41,442 nt of DNA from Clostridiales bacterium (GTDB lineage: Bacteria > Bacillota > Clostridia > Caldicoprobacterales > DTU083). Every line of letters begins with the position of its first letter. Position 1 is the first letter of the stretch. Both the position numbers and the translations under genes were made by a program. Shown here in pieces: positions 18,081-27,450 of the stretch. A model generated the notes under the pieces. It saw only the letters and a list, made by a program, of their open reading frames with translations. It did no database searches and had not been told where the DNA came from. The stretch lies in NCBI GenBank assembly GCA_012512335.1, contig JAAZEK010000113.1:1-41442 (forward strand). The letters are read 5' to 3'.

Positions 18081-19175
18081 ATGTTAGAACTTAGAATGGC
18101 TAAGGTTACTAAAGTCATCAGTAATAATGGTCAAACAACAGAACTTATTCTTGATATTGATCATCCCATAAAGAAAGCAGTTAATTATAATCTTGTTACT
18201 GGAAATATATCAGTAGGGGATTACTTGTATCTTAATACAACTGCCGGATCCTTGGCATTGGGAACCGGTGGATATCATTTTGTTATGGCAAATGCTTCAA
18301 ATCAACATCATGATATGACCCAAGGTGGACATGGTATGAAACTTCGATATACTCCATTTCAAGTAAAGGTACCTTTTATTGAACAAGAATTAACTGATAA
18401 AAAAGTAGAAATCTATCAACTGCCTCTAGATTTGAAAGGAAGTATAATCTGCTTTGGAGAACTACATAGCATGATACCACCCTTATGTGCATACTTCCGT
18501 TATCACAGCTTAGATAAGCTGCGAATTGGTTATATCATGACAGACCACGCAGCTCTTCCCATATCTTTTAGTAAGAACATTGCTTTATTGAAAGAAAAAA
18601 AACTATTGGATACTACAATCACCATAGGAAATGCCTTTGGAGGTGATTATGAATGTGTTAATATATATACAGGATTACAAACAGCAGCACTGGTTGAAAA
18701 CTGTGATATTATCCTGGTTTCAATGGGACCCGGTATCACGGGTACTGGAAGCAGTTATGGGTTTTCAGGATTGGATTTAGGCTTTTACATCAATCTTGCA
18801 TATGGCTTAGGAGGGCAATGCTACCTAGTACCAAGAATTAGCTTTGCTGATAAGAGGGAAAGGCACTACGGCATAAGTCACCATACATTGACGATAATGA
18901 GGGATATCATCCAATCATCCATTCCTCTGATATTACCTATTCTTCAAAAGTCTCGTAATCAAATAATGATTAAGCAATTAAAAGAAAAGCAAATCTCTAA
19001 CAGATATCATATTTGTTTTACAGATGGGGGAGGAATTAAAAAAGCTATGGAACATTTTCAACTTTCTGTCAGCTCTATGGGTAGAGATATTGAAGAAGAT
19101 CCAGCCTTTTTCTTTGGAATCGGTGCTACTGCAAAGAAATTATTGTCTGTTTTTTCTATAAAGGACAGGTCATAA
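18081..19175 (+). CDS. Conserved hypothetical protein, probably DUF3866 family
   Basis: A 364-aa soluble protein. The family assignment comes from memory of N-terminal conservation (AKVTKV...GDYLYLNTTAGSLALGTGGYHFV). It starts 1 nt after the previous stop. Confidence 0.45.
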   Translation: MLELRMAKVTKVISNNGQTTELILDIDHPIKKAVNYNLVTGNISVGDYLYLNTTAGSLALGTGGYHFVMANASNQHHDMTQGGHGMKLRYTPFQVKVPFIEQELTDKKVEIYQLPLDLKGSIICFGELHSMIPPLCAYFRYHSLDKLRIGYIMTDHAALPISFSKNIALLKEKKLLDTTITIGNAFGGDYECVNIYTGLQTAALVENCDIILVSMGPGITGTGSSYGFSGLDLGFYINLAYGLGGQCYLVPRISFADKRERHYGISHHTLTIMRDIIQSSIPLILPILQKSRNQIMIKQLKEKQISNRYHICFTDGGGIKKAMEHFQLSVSSMGRDIEEDPAFFFGIGATAKKLLSVFSIKDRS

Positions 19176-19198
19176 AATAAGCTTGTCTAACATAGTTA
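19170..19198 (+). promoter_or_regulatory. Candidate sigma-E-type promoter for spoIIM
   Basis: TCATAAA (19170-76), a 14-nt spacer, then CATAGTTA (19191-98). This is compared with the remembered sigma-E consensus TCATATT-14-CATACAnT. The -35 overlaps the stop codon of the preceding gene. Confidence 0.3.
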
Positions 19199-19231
19199 TC
19201 AGTATAACGGATTTTAAGGGGGGCGGGCTTT

Positions 19232-19867
19232 GTGCTGAAACGATGGAAGATAGACATCCTTCAACATATACAAAAAAACATAACACTCTACTTAGTTACT
19301 CTCTTTGCCATCTTAACAGGCCTTGCTTCTGGGATTTTTACTGCAAGTTCTATGCCTGGAGATCAGAAAACTGCCTTAGGAACTTATCTACAAAGTTTTT
19401 TTCAACAATCTTCATTTGAACCTATAAAAAAAAGCTCGGTCTTTTTGCAGTCCCTTCTGCAAAACTTTCAAAGCACATTTCTTATCTGGTTATCGGGTAT
19501 GTTTTTATTTGGAATACCATTTATTTTTCTATTAGTAGGAGCACGTAGTTTTTTCATAGGATTTGCCATTGGATTTTTAATCAATCAATATCAATTTGGA
19601 GGATTTTTATTTGCTTTACTCTGCATTTTACCTCAAACTATAATCTATTTAACTTCCTTCTTGGGCATTGGAGTTCTTGCGTTGGAGAATTCTATAGATA
19701 AACTGAAAAACAGGAAAGTAACACAGCCCAAAGAGCAGATGAAGAGAAATACCGGCATTTATACTTGGAAAACCTTAAGTATATTCTTTTTATTGATACT
19801 AGGCTGCCTTTTTGAGGCATATATTAGTCCGATTTTCTTTAGTTTGTTTCGTTGGGTATTCAAATAA
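19232..19867 (+). CDS. spoIIM: Stage II sporulation protein M
   Basis: A five-TM profile, about 210 aa, with an N-terminus (IQKNITLYLVTLFAILTGLASG) typical of SpoIIM. GTG start after AAGGGGGG. Confidence 0.85.
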   Translation: MLKRWKIDILQHIQKNITLYLVTLFAILTGLASGIFTASSMPGDQKTALGTYLQSFFQQSSFEPIKKSSVFLQSLLQNFQSTFLIWLSGMFLFGIPFIFLLVGARSFFIGFAIGFLINQYQFGGFLFALLCILPQTIIYLTSFLGIGVLALENSIDKLKNRKVTQPKEQMKRNTGIYTWKTLSIFFLLILGCLFEAYISPIFFSLFRWVFK

Positions 19868-19944
19868 ATTATGCTCTATTAAAAGGATTTCTATATTTTT
19901 TGTTGAATACTTAATAAGCAAATGTCGAAGGAGCTTTTATTATA

Positions 19945-20832
19945 ATGGGTTTTTATTTACATAAGTATTCAACCTATCTAAAATCCGAAAGGAATTTATC
20001 AGATAACACCATGGAGTCCTATTTAAGTGACTTAAGACAATATATAGAATTTCTCAAATCTAAAGAAATAGTTGAGGCGGAGAATTCTTCTAATGCTTTG
20101 GTGGTATCTTATATGCTATCTCTTGAAAAAGAAGGGGTGGCATCCTCTAGTATACATAGAAAGCTTTCATCCTTAAGAGGCTATTACAAGTATTTATTCT
20201 GGAATGGTTTGGTAAGTAAAGACCCTACTACCAATCTAGTACCACCCAAAAGCCAAAAGAAAATTCCTGATGCATTAACCTTTGATGAGGCAACCCGTTT
20301 GCTAAATCAACCTCAGGGTAAAGACGCGAAATCTATTAGAGATAAGGCTATGTTAGAGCTTTTATATGCTACAGGAATCAGGGTAAGTGAGTTAATTTCC
20401 CTTAACTTGGAGGATATTAATAGTCAGCTTGGTTATTTGCAATGTGTTGGACAAGCCTCTAAGCACAGGATCATAGCTATTCCTCAAGTAGCTCTGCAAC
20501 ATCTAGAGAACTACTTGAAAAAAGCTAGAGAAAAGCTAGTAAGAAATTCTGGTGAAGAAAAAGCACTTTTTGTGAATACTCAAGGAAAACGCATGACACG
20601 ACAGGGTTTCTGGAAGATAATAAAATACTATAAGGAAACAGCGAAAATCGATAAGGATGTTACTCCACAAACTCTTCGCCATTCTTTTGCTGTACATTTA
20701 GTAGATAAGGGAGCTGATATGCGATCAGTTCAGGAAATCCTAGGGCATTCCGATATTTCTACGACTCAGGTTTACAGCCAGCTTCATTCCGAAATGAAAA
20801 AACAAGTATCATCAGAATCCAATGAAAAATAA
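19945..20832 (+). CDS. xerD: Tyrosine recombinase XerD
   Basis: The motifs RDKAMLELLYATGIRVSEL, TPQTLRHSFAVHL and LGHSDISTTQVYSQL supply the catalytic R, H-x-x-R, H and Y residues. The N-terminal SAM-like domain reads LSDNTMESYLSDLRQY. Confidence 0.9.
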   Translation: MGFYLHKYSTYLKSERNLSDNTMESYLSDLRQYIEFLKSKEIVEAENSSNALVVSYMLSLEKEGVASSSIHRKLSSLRGYYKYLFWNGLVSKDPTTNLVPPKSQKKIPDALTFDEATRLLNQPQGKDAKSIRDKAMLELLYATGIRVSELISLNLEDINSQLGYLQCVGQASKHRIIAIPQVALQHLENYLKKAREKLVRNSGEEKALFVNTQGKRMTRQGFWKIIKYYKETAKIDKDVTPQTLRHSFAVHLVDKGADMRSVQEILGHSDISTTQVYSQLHSEMKKQVSSESNEK

Positions 20833-20944
20833 GTATAAGTAGAAGAGAGTTCTTACTTGAACTTTTTTCTTTGTTTAATCTGATTTTATACTGGTTAGGA
20901 TATTTAAAGAAACAATCATTCAAAAGATCAGAAAGAAAGGTAAT

Positions 20945-22126
20945 ATGAAAATTATGGTAGATAGAGTGTTTTTAATTGTAATGGATAGCCTTGGAGTCGG
21001 AGAAATGCCAGATGCTGCAGAATATGGTGATGAAGGTAGCCATACCTTGGGCAACATTATTAAAGAATTAGGTGGCCTAGATATACCGAACTTGGTGCAA
21101 TTAGGCATTGGAAATATATACGACATCGATATTCCATACAGTGATCCTTCTCCAATTGGTAATTATGGGAAAGCTAGTGAGGTATCCAAAGGAAAAGATA
21201 CCACCACTGGACATTGGGAAATTGCTGGTATTCAGATGGAAGATCCTTTTCCAGTTTACCCAGATGGATTTCCACCCGTAGTAATGGATGCCTTTCATAA
21301 AGCTATAAATAATGAATCCTTATGGAACAAACCAGCATCTGGTAGTGAAATCATAAATGTACTTGGGGATGAACACATAAAAACAGGGAAAGTTATAGTT
21401 TATACTTCTGCAGACAGCGTTTTCCAAATTGCAGCTCATGAGGATATTGTACCTCTAGATGAACTATATAGGTACTGTGAAGTAGCAAGGAATATTTTGC
21501 AAGGAACACATGGGGTTGGGAGGGTTATCGCACGTCCTTTTGTCGGTAGATCTGGAAATTATGTAAGAACCAAAAATAGAAAAGACTTTTCTTTACCTCC
21601 AGTTGGACCTACCATATTGGATGTGTTAACAGAAGAAGCCATTTTAACCACTGGAATAGGTAAAATAAGTGATATTTTTAATGGACGTGGGCTGGGAAAA
21701 TCCATTGTGGCTAAGACTAATGAGATTGGAATAGATGAAATTCTTAGATTGATAAACAGCGATATAAAAGGATTGTTTTTTGCCAATCTGATAGATTTTG
21801 ATCAGCTTTATGGACATAGAAATGATGTGCAGGGTTATGGAGCAGCTATAGAAGCCCTTGATAGAAGAATTCCAGAGTTACTGAAATCCCTGAAAGATAA
21901 TGATGTGCTAATACTCACAGCTGATCACGGATGTGATCCAACTACACCTAGCACTGATCATTCCAGAGAATACATACCTGTGTTGGTATATGGGAAAACA
22001 CTCAAAAAAGGAGTAGATCTTGGCATACTTAACTCCTTCAGCGATATTGGAGCAACTGTATTGGATTTGCTTGGTGTAGAACCCAAGTTAAAAGGCACCA
22101 GCTTTTTAAGCGATATAAAAAGATAG
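20945..22126 (+). CDS. deoB: Phosphopentomutase
   Basis: Motifs VMDSLGVGEMPDA, TTGHWE, FDQLYGHRND and ADHGCDPT. Confidence 0.94.
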   Translation: MKIMVDRVFLIVMDSLGVGEMPDAAEYGDEGSHTLGNIIKELGGLDIPNLVQLGIGNIYDIDIPYSDPSPIGNYGKASEVSKGKDTTTGHWEIAGIQMEDPFPVYPDGFPPVVMDAFHKAINNESLWNKPASGSEIINVLGDEHIKTGKVIVYTSADSVFQIAAHEDIVPLDELYRYCEVARNILQGTHGVGRVIARPFVGRSGNYVRTKNRKDFSLPPVGPTILDVLTEEAILTTGIGKISDIFNGRGLGKSIVAKTNEIGIDEILRLINSDIKGLFFANLIDFDQLYGHRNDVQGYGAAIEALDRRIPELLKSLKDNDVLILTADHGCDPTTPSTDHSREYIPVLVYGKTLKKGVDLGILNSFSDIGATVLDLLGVEPKLKGTSFLSDIKR

Positions 22127-22162
22127 AAAACTAGAGAAATAGAAATTATTATTAACAGGAGG

Positions 22163-22984
22163 ATGATAAGCTTGTTTCAAAAAGCAGCGGAATATATAAG
22201 GACACGATTGCCTGAAAATCAAATACCAAAGATAGGATTAGTATTAGGTTCTGGACTGGGTGTTCTTGCAGATAACATAGAAAACCCTCTGTATATCCTT
22301 TACAAAGATATTCCAGGTTTTCCTCAAACAACAGTAGAAGGCCATGCAGGAAGGTTTGTATATGGTTGTTATCAAGGGAAAATAGTATTAGCCATGCAAG
22401 GACGCTTTCACTATTATGAAGGCAAAAGCATCGATGATGTTGTATTTCCCGTTAGAGTAATGAAAATACTTGGGATAGAGATTTTAATTTTAACAAACGC
22501 TGCTGGTGGAGTAAATATAGATTATCAACCAGGAGACTTAATGCTAATTACTGACCATATAAATATGAGTGGTGTCAGCCCCTTACGCGGTAAAAACCTG
22601 GATGTTCTAGGTGGACCTAGGTTTCCAGATATGAGTTTTACATACGACCCCGAACTTAGACAATTAGCAATTAACGCTGCAAAAAATCGAAATTTAGATT
22701 TGAAGACTGGAGTTTATGCTATGATGCAAGGTCCAAGTTTTGAAACACCTGCAGAGATAAAAATGCTACGAACTTTAGGTGCTGATGCAGTTGGTATGTC
22801 GACAGTACCAGAGGCAATTACTGCCGTTCATGCCAAAATTAAAGTTCTTGGTATTTCTTGTATTACAAATATGGCTGCTGGAATTTTGGAACAAGCTTTG
22901 ACTCACGAAGAGGTGATGGAGACGGCGGATAAGGTGAAAGGAAAATTTATCTCCTTACTAGAAACTGTGATTTCTGCCATTTAA
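22163..22984 (+). CDS. punA: Purine nucleoside phosphorylase (PunA/PNP-I type)
   Basis: Motifs GLVLGSGLG, EGHAGRFV, NAAGG, GPSFETPAE and GMSTVPE. AGGAGG abuts the ATG at 22163 with no spacing, so the in-frame TTG at 22172 may be the true start. Confidence 0.92.
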   Translation: MISLFQKAAEYIRTRLPENQIPKIGLVLGSGLGVLADNIENPLYILYKDIPGFPQTTVEGHAGRFVYGCYQGKIVLAMQGRFHYYEGKSIDDVVFPVRVMKILGIEILILTNAAGGVNIDYQPGDLMLITDHINMSGVSPLRGKNLDVLGGPRFPDMSFTYDPELRQLAINAAKNRNLDLKTGVYAMMQGPSFETPAEIKMLRTLGADAVGMSTVPEAITAVHAKIKVLGISCITNMAAGILEQALTHEEVMETADKVKGKFISLLETVISAI

Positions 22985-23052
22985 CCCATCGAATAACAAA
23001 CTTTCTTGTTGGAAAACCTATTTAATAGAAAAGGCTAACAAGGAGGGATAAA

Positions 23053-24213
23053 ATGAGGAAATTTCGAAACAGCTGTATGTCTTTTTTATTAGCTATTTTG
23101 CTAGTAATGATAAATATTACCATTGTCCATGCCGATCAACCGCCATTAGACTTACAAGCAAAATCTGCCATATTGATGGATTATGAAACTGGTACTGTTC
23201 TATATGAGAAAAACCCCGATGAAAAGCTGCCTATAGCCAGCCTTAACAAGATTATGACTATCTTGATCGTGTTAGAAGCTATAGATGATGGGAAGCTAAG
23301 CTTAGATGATAAAGTTCAAATTAGCGAATATGCATCGTCTATGGGAGGCTCCCAAGTCTTTTTGCATGAGGGAGAGAGTATATCAGTAGATTCGCTTCTT
23401 AAGGCAGTTGTAGTAGCATCGGGTAATGACGCGAGTGTTGCCTTGGCTGAAAAAATAGCAGGTTCTCACGAGGTGTTTGTGTCTCGAATGAATGACCGGG
23501 CAAAAGAATTGGGTATGAGCAATACTCGCTTTGCCAATGCGACAGGTTTACCTGCTGAAAATCATTATTCGACTGCCAAGGATGTATCATTAATGTCCAG
23601 AGAACTTCTAAATCATCCATTGTTTTACCGTTGGAGTACGATCTGGGTAGATACTTTAGATGAAAGTCGTAACAAAACAGAGCTTGCTAATACCAACAGG
23701 TTAATTCGATTCTATGATGGAACCGATGGTATTAAAACTGGCTCAACCCAGGAGGCAGGTTATTGCTTATCTGCGACAGCTAAACGAGGTAACATGCGAC
23801 TTCTGTCAATTGTACTGAATGCACCCAGTACCAAAATACGATTTGGTGAATCTTCCAAAATGATGGATTACGGCTTTGCAAATTATGAAGTAGTTTCCAT
23901 ATTGAAGAAGGACCAGGTCGTGGAAAATCAGCTTCCTATATCTGGAGGTAAAGAAGAATTGATTAATGGAGTAGTTTCTGAAAATGTAAGTTTTTTGATA
24001 AAATCAGGAGACTCCAAGGAATACGAGAGAGAAATAATTTTAGATGAAAAAATTAGTGCACCCTTAAATATGGGAGATAAGATCGGTACATTAAACTTAA
24101 AGCAAGATAATAAAGTAATAAAATCTCTAGATATTGTTTCTGATCGGGAAGTTCTAAAAGCAAATGTATTTGATTACTTTAAAAAGATCTTTGATGATTG
24201 GGTTAGAAAGTAA
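23053..24213 (+). CDS. D-alanyl-D-alanine carboxypeptidase (PBP5 class). DacF-like by position after punA.
   Basis: A signal peptide, SxxK (ASLNKIM), SGN (ASGNDA) and KTG (IKTGST), plus a PBP5 C-terminal domain. Confidence 0.9.
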   Translation: MRKFRNSCMSFLLAILLVMINITIVHADQPPLDLQAKSAILMDYETGTVLYEKNPDEKLPIASLNKIMTILIVLEAIDDGKLSLDDKVQISEYASSMGGSQVFLHEGESISVDSLLKAVVVASGNDASVALAEKIAGSHEVFVSRMNDRAKELGMSNTRFANATGLPAENHYSTAKDVSLMSRELLNHPLFYRWSTIWVDTLDESRNKTELANTNRLIRFYDGTDGIKTGSTQEAGYCLSATAKRGNMRLLSIVLNAPSTKIRFGESSKMMDYGFANYEVVSILKKDQVVENQLPISGGKEELINGVVSENVSFLIKSGDSKEYEREIILDEKISAPLNMGDKIGTLNLKQDNKVIKSLDIVSDREVLKANVFDYFKKIFDDWVRK

Positions 24214-24240
24214 AATCATAATGTTAATGTGGAAGAGCTA

Positions 24241-24267
24241 AAAAAGTGTGCAGTAGCACACTTTTTT
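24241..24267 (+). terminator. Rho-independent terminator
   Basis: AAAAAGTGTGC-AGTA-GCACACTTTTTT: a perfect stem with flanking A and T tracts, so it could act in both directions. Confidence 0.8.
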
Positions 24268-24334
24268 GTGTTATAATAAATACATTAATGAAGCAAAGCC
24301 TTAGGCCTTTGCACTGATATTTGGAGGATAGTAA

Positions 24335-24976
24335 ATGTTTCGCCAACCTATTGAAATACTGCTCAGTCTACCTGCTGTGTTTTTGGCTATATCTTTTCAT
24401 GAATTCGCTCATGCTTTCACGGCAGATAAACTTGGCGATGATACACCAAGAAAACAAGGGCGCTTAACTCTAGCTCCCTTGGCCCATGTAGATTGGACAG
24501 GCCTAATCCTATTTGCTTTATTTGGTTATGGATGGGCAAAACCTGTGCAAGTAAACTCTTCTAATTTTAAGAATAGGAAACTAGGAGATATACTTGTATC
24601 TTTATCCGGACCTGTAGCTAATTTCTTAGTCGCAATACTAAGCCTTTTAGTATATGTCACTTTAATGGCAGTTAACTCAGCTACTCCTGTAATGGATACT
24701 ATCCTAGCAGTGGTAAATTATTCTATTTATTTGAACATTATTTTTGGCTTGCTTAATTTAATCCCAATTCCACCACTAGACGGGTATCGTATTTTGAAAT
24801 CTCTCTTTTTTCGATCATTTACCAGACTTTTTATGGCATATGAAAAGGTAGGTATTTTCATTTTATTTGCTTTTTTATTATTTGGTCTGTTTGATTTGGC
24901 TGTCAGCCGACCTGCACTATCCATATACCAATTTTTATTGACTTCAGGCCAAAGCATACTAGAATTAATAAAGTAG
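24335..24976 (+). CDS. Site-2 protease family (M50) membrane metalloprotease
   Basis: HExxH within a TM segment (FHEFAHAF) and NLIPIPPLDG. Confidence 0.85.
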   Translation: MFRQPIEILLSLPAVFLAISFHEFAHAFTADKLGDDTPRKQGRLTLAPLAHVDWTGLILFALFGYGWAKPVQVNSSNFKNRKLGDILVSLSGPVANFLVAILSLLVYVTLMAVNSATPVMDTILAVVNYSIYLNIIFGLLNLIPIPPLDGYRILKSLFFRSFTRLFMAYEKVGIFILFAFLLFGLFDLAVSRPALSIYQFLLTSGQSILELIK

Positions 24977-24989
24977 GGAATAGGGGTGT

Positions 24990-25742
24990 TTGGATAATAT
25001 GGCATATTTGGTTAAACTACAGGAGTTCGAAGGTCCGTTAGACTTATTACTACACTTAATTTCCAAATCTAAAGTTCAAATTGAGGATATTTCTATAACA
25101 GAAATTACAGAACAATATTTAGAAGCACTACAATTGATGGAAGAATTTAACATTGATGTTGCAAGTGAATTTTTGCTAATGGCTTCAACTTTAATGTATA
25201 TAAAGTCCTGTAGTCTTGTACCGAAAATCCAACCAGATTTGGAAGACCAGGAAGAAGGGGATCCCAAGCAGGAGCTTATTACTCGTTTACTAGAATATAA
25301 AAGATTTAAAGAAGCTGCAGTAAGAATGAAAGAAAGAGAAGCCTATTTTTCTGGTATGTTCTACAAGCTTCCAGAAGAATTGTATTTGGATGAAGGTAAG
25401 GATGCCATACCTTCTGATTTTAATGTTGATGAACTACAAAGAGCACTGAATGAGCTTTTAAAAGCAAGAGGTAAAATTATAAAAGAAGATATTATCCCTA
25501 TGGTTCATGAAATCAAAAGAGATCCAGTTACCATACATGAGAAAGTGAATCTTCTCAAGAGTTTTTTTAACCAACACCAGCAAGCTACATTTTTTAGTAT
25601 CTTTAGCGAAGACATTAGCCGAGAAAGTGTAATTGCTACCTTTCTAGCCTTGCTTGAGCTTATTAAGGACAATTTCCTTAATGTGAAGCAGAATTACCCA
25701 TACGATGATATAGTGATTAAGAGGAGAGATTATAATGGATGA
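24990..25742 (+). CDS. scpA: Segregation and condensation protein A
   Basis: The motif FEGPLDLLLHLI, then ISITEITEQYL, in a kleisin architecture. The ATG at 24999 is an alternative start. Confidence 0.92.
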   Translation: MDNMAYLVKLQEFEGPLDLLLHLISKSKVQIEDISITEITEQYLEALQLMEEFNIDVASEFLLMASTLMYIKSCSLVPKIQPDLEDQEEGDPKQELITRLLEYKRFKEAAVRMKEREAYFSGMFYKLPEELYLDEGKDAIPSDFNVDELQRALNELLKARGKIIKEDIIPMVHEIKRDPVTIHEKVNLLKSFFNQHQQATFFSIFSEDISRESVIATFLALLELIKDNFLNVKQNYPYDDIVIKRRDYNG

Positions 25743-26289
25743 AAGAGAAATGATGGCTGTAGTAGAATCCATTCTTTTTGTTTCAGGTGATCCAGTAGAT
25801 GCCAAAGAAATTGGACTACTATTAAATATGGATATACGGACAGTAAGAACATTCATGAAAAAATTAATAGACTGCTTTCATTTTGAGCGTCGTGGCTTGC
25901 AAATCAACATGGTAAATGATACTTATCAATTGGCTACTCGACCGGAATATAGTAGCTATATTGAAAAATACATAGGACAGGAACATAGTCAAAAGCTGTC
26001 ACAGGCAAGCTTAGAGACCCTAGCTATCATTGCCTATAGACAACCAATTACCAAGGTGGATATTGAAAATGTTAGAGGTGTAAAATGTGATTATATTGTT
26101 AGTACCTTGGTAAATCGTCAGTTAATTCACGAAATAGGAAGAATGCCCACGCCAGGTCGACCCATTTTATATGGCACCACTGATCTTTTTCTACGAAACT
26201 TCGGCTTAGCCAGTTTAGATGAACTTCCACCTCTAGAAAACGATGAAAGTGAAGCCACTGTATTTTTTTCTGAAAATGAGAAAAAATAG
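25735..26289 (+). CDS. scpB: Segregation and condensation protein B
   Basis: Motifs VESILFVSGDPV, LSQASLETLAIIAYRQPITK and GRPILYGTT. It overlaps scpA by 8 nt. Confidence 0.93.
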   Translation: MDEREMMAVVESILFVSGDPVDAKEIGLLLNMDIRTVRTFMKKLIDCFHFERRGLQINMVNDTYQLATRPEYSSYIEKYIGQEHSQKLSQASLETLAIIAYRQPITKVDIENVRGVKCDYIVSTLVNRQLIHEIGRMPTPGRPILYGTTDLFLRNFGLASLDELPPLENDESEATVFFSENEKK

Positions 26290-26316
26290 AAAAAATACAA
26301 TAAGGGTGTTGCGTGC

Positions 26317-26904
26317 TTGTTTTATCTAATATTACTGATATCGCTATTGATATTGCTGCTTTTTCTAAAAATGCATATTGAGCTAAAGATAATAATAAAG
26401 AATGGAAGAAATTTTTCATTCATTATAATTCGCTTTTTAGGTTTCATTCGATTACGAATGAACCTATCATTGCAAATTAATAGTAAAGGCTTTCTTTCCC
26501 TGACACTTAGAAAAACTGATTCAAGTATGGATAATAAGGCTTCATTTGAGCAGTTCTGGGACAGCATTAAAGACTTCTTTCAGTATTACGGGTCTCATGT
26601 AGAGCCTTTTCGTTATTTTAAAAGAAAAGTAAATTTCAATAATTTTTCAGTACATTCCCGCATTGGCACTGGAGATGCTGCTTCTACAGCGATGACCATA
26701 GGTGGATGTTATGCGCTTTTTTCAATTATATCTTCTTATCTTTATACGCACTATCGTCTACAAAAAAGCAAATTCGATATATTGCCCTATTTCTCCGGCC
26801 CTTTGTTTGATCTTGATTTGGACTGCATAATGAATTTTAAATTCGGTCATATTATAATAGCAGGCTTAAAACTGCTAACAAAAAAAGAAAAGGCGGTGTC
26901 GTAA
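26317..26904 (+). CDS. DUF2953-like sporulation-associated membrane protein (YtfI-like)
   Basis: An N-terminal TM segment. Its position immediately upstream of, and overlapping, ytfJ matches the ytfI-ytfJ pair of Bacillus. TTG start 8 nt after TAAGGGTG. Confidence 0.5.
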   Translation: MFYLILLISLLILLLFLKMHIELKIIIKNGRNFSFIIIRFLGFIRLRMNLSLQINSKGFLSLTLRKTDSSMDNKASFEQFWDSIKDFFQYYGSHVEPFRYFKRKVNFNNFSVHSRIGTGDAASTAMTIGGCYALFSIISSYLYTHYRLQKSKFDILPYFSGPLFDLDLDCIMNFKFGHIIIAGLKLLTKKEKAVS

Positions 26905-27362
26905 TGGCTGAACATACTATTGAGAATGTAATGAAAACTACTATGGAAAATTTAAAGGATATGATTGATGTCAATACCATAGTTGGAGATGCTGTGGAAA
27001 CAGCAGAAGGTACTGTTATTGTCCCAATATCTAAGGTTTCCTTCGGATTTGTTGTCGGCGGTGGAGACTATAAGGAGAACTCTGCTTCTAATTCTAACAA
27101 CAGCACATCAGATGGACAAGAATCGGGCTTACCTTTTGCAGGAGGTAGTGGAGCTGGTGTATCAGTAAACCCTATAGCTTTCCTTGTGGTTGGTGAAGAT
27201 AAAATTAAACTTCTACCAGTTCAGTACAATTCTACCGTGGATCGAATTGTCGAGTTGGTACCTACCATGGTGGGTGAAATACAATCGATGATGAGTAAAG
27301 GCCCTAATAAACAGAATGGTAAGAAGACTGAAACAATCATAACCACTAATGTACCACAATAA
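26904..27362 (+). CDS. ytfJ: GerW/YtfJ-family sporulation protein
   Basis: The motifs IVGDAVETAEGTVIVPISKVSFGFVVGGG and AGGSGAGVSVNPIAFLVV are the family hallmark. Confidence 0.85.
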   Translation: MAEHTIENVMKTTMENLKDMIDVNTIVGDAVETAEGTVIVPISKVSFGFVVGGGDYKENSASNSNNSTSDGQESGLPFAGGSGAGVSVNPIAFLVVGEDKIKLLPVQYNSTVDRIVELVPTMVGEIQSMMSKGPNKQNGKKTETIITTNVPQ

Positions 27363-27450
27363 AGCTGCTTAATAGCCGTTTTACATTTTCGAGTTATATT
27401 TTAGTAGAGGGTTACTATTTACAGCTAGTAACGGAATAGGAGTCAATAGA

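Noticed and set aside
19183-19419. A 78-aa + strand ORF overlapping the spoIIM start in another frame.
   Set aside because: spoIIM (GTG 19232, good RBS, TM profile) explains the region. The alternative frame has no RBS and no membrane or domain logic.
19923-19929. A second exact 0A box (TGTCGAA), overlapping the xerD RBS.
   Set aside because: A 7-mer is expected about five times by chance in 41 kb (both strands). There is no supporting promoter context or known Spo0A control of xerD.
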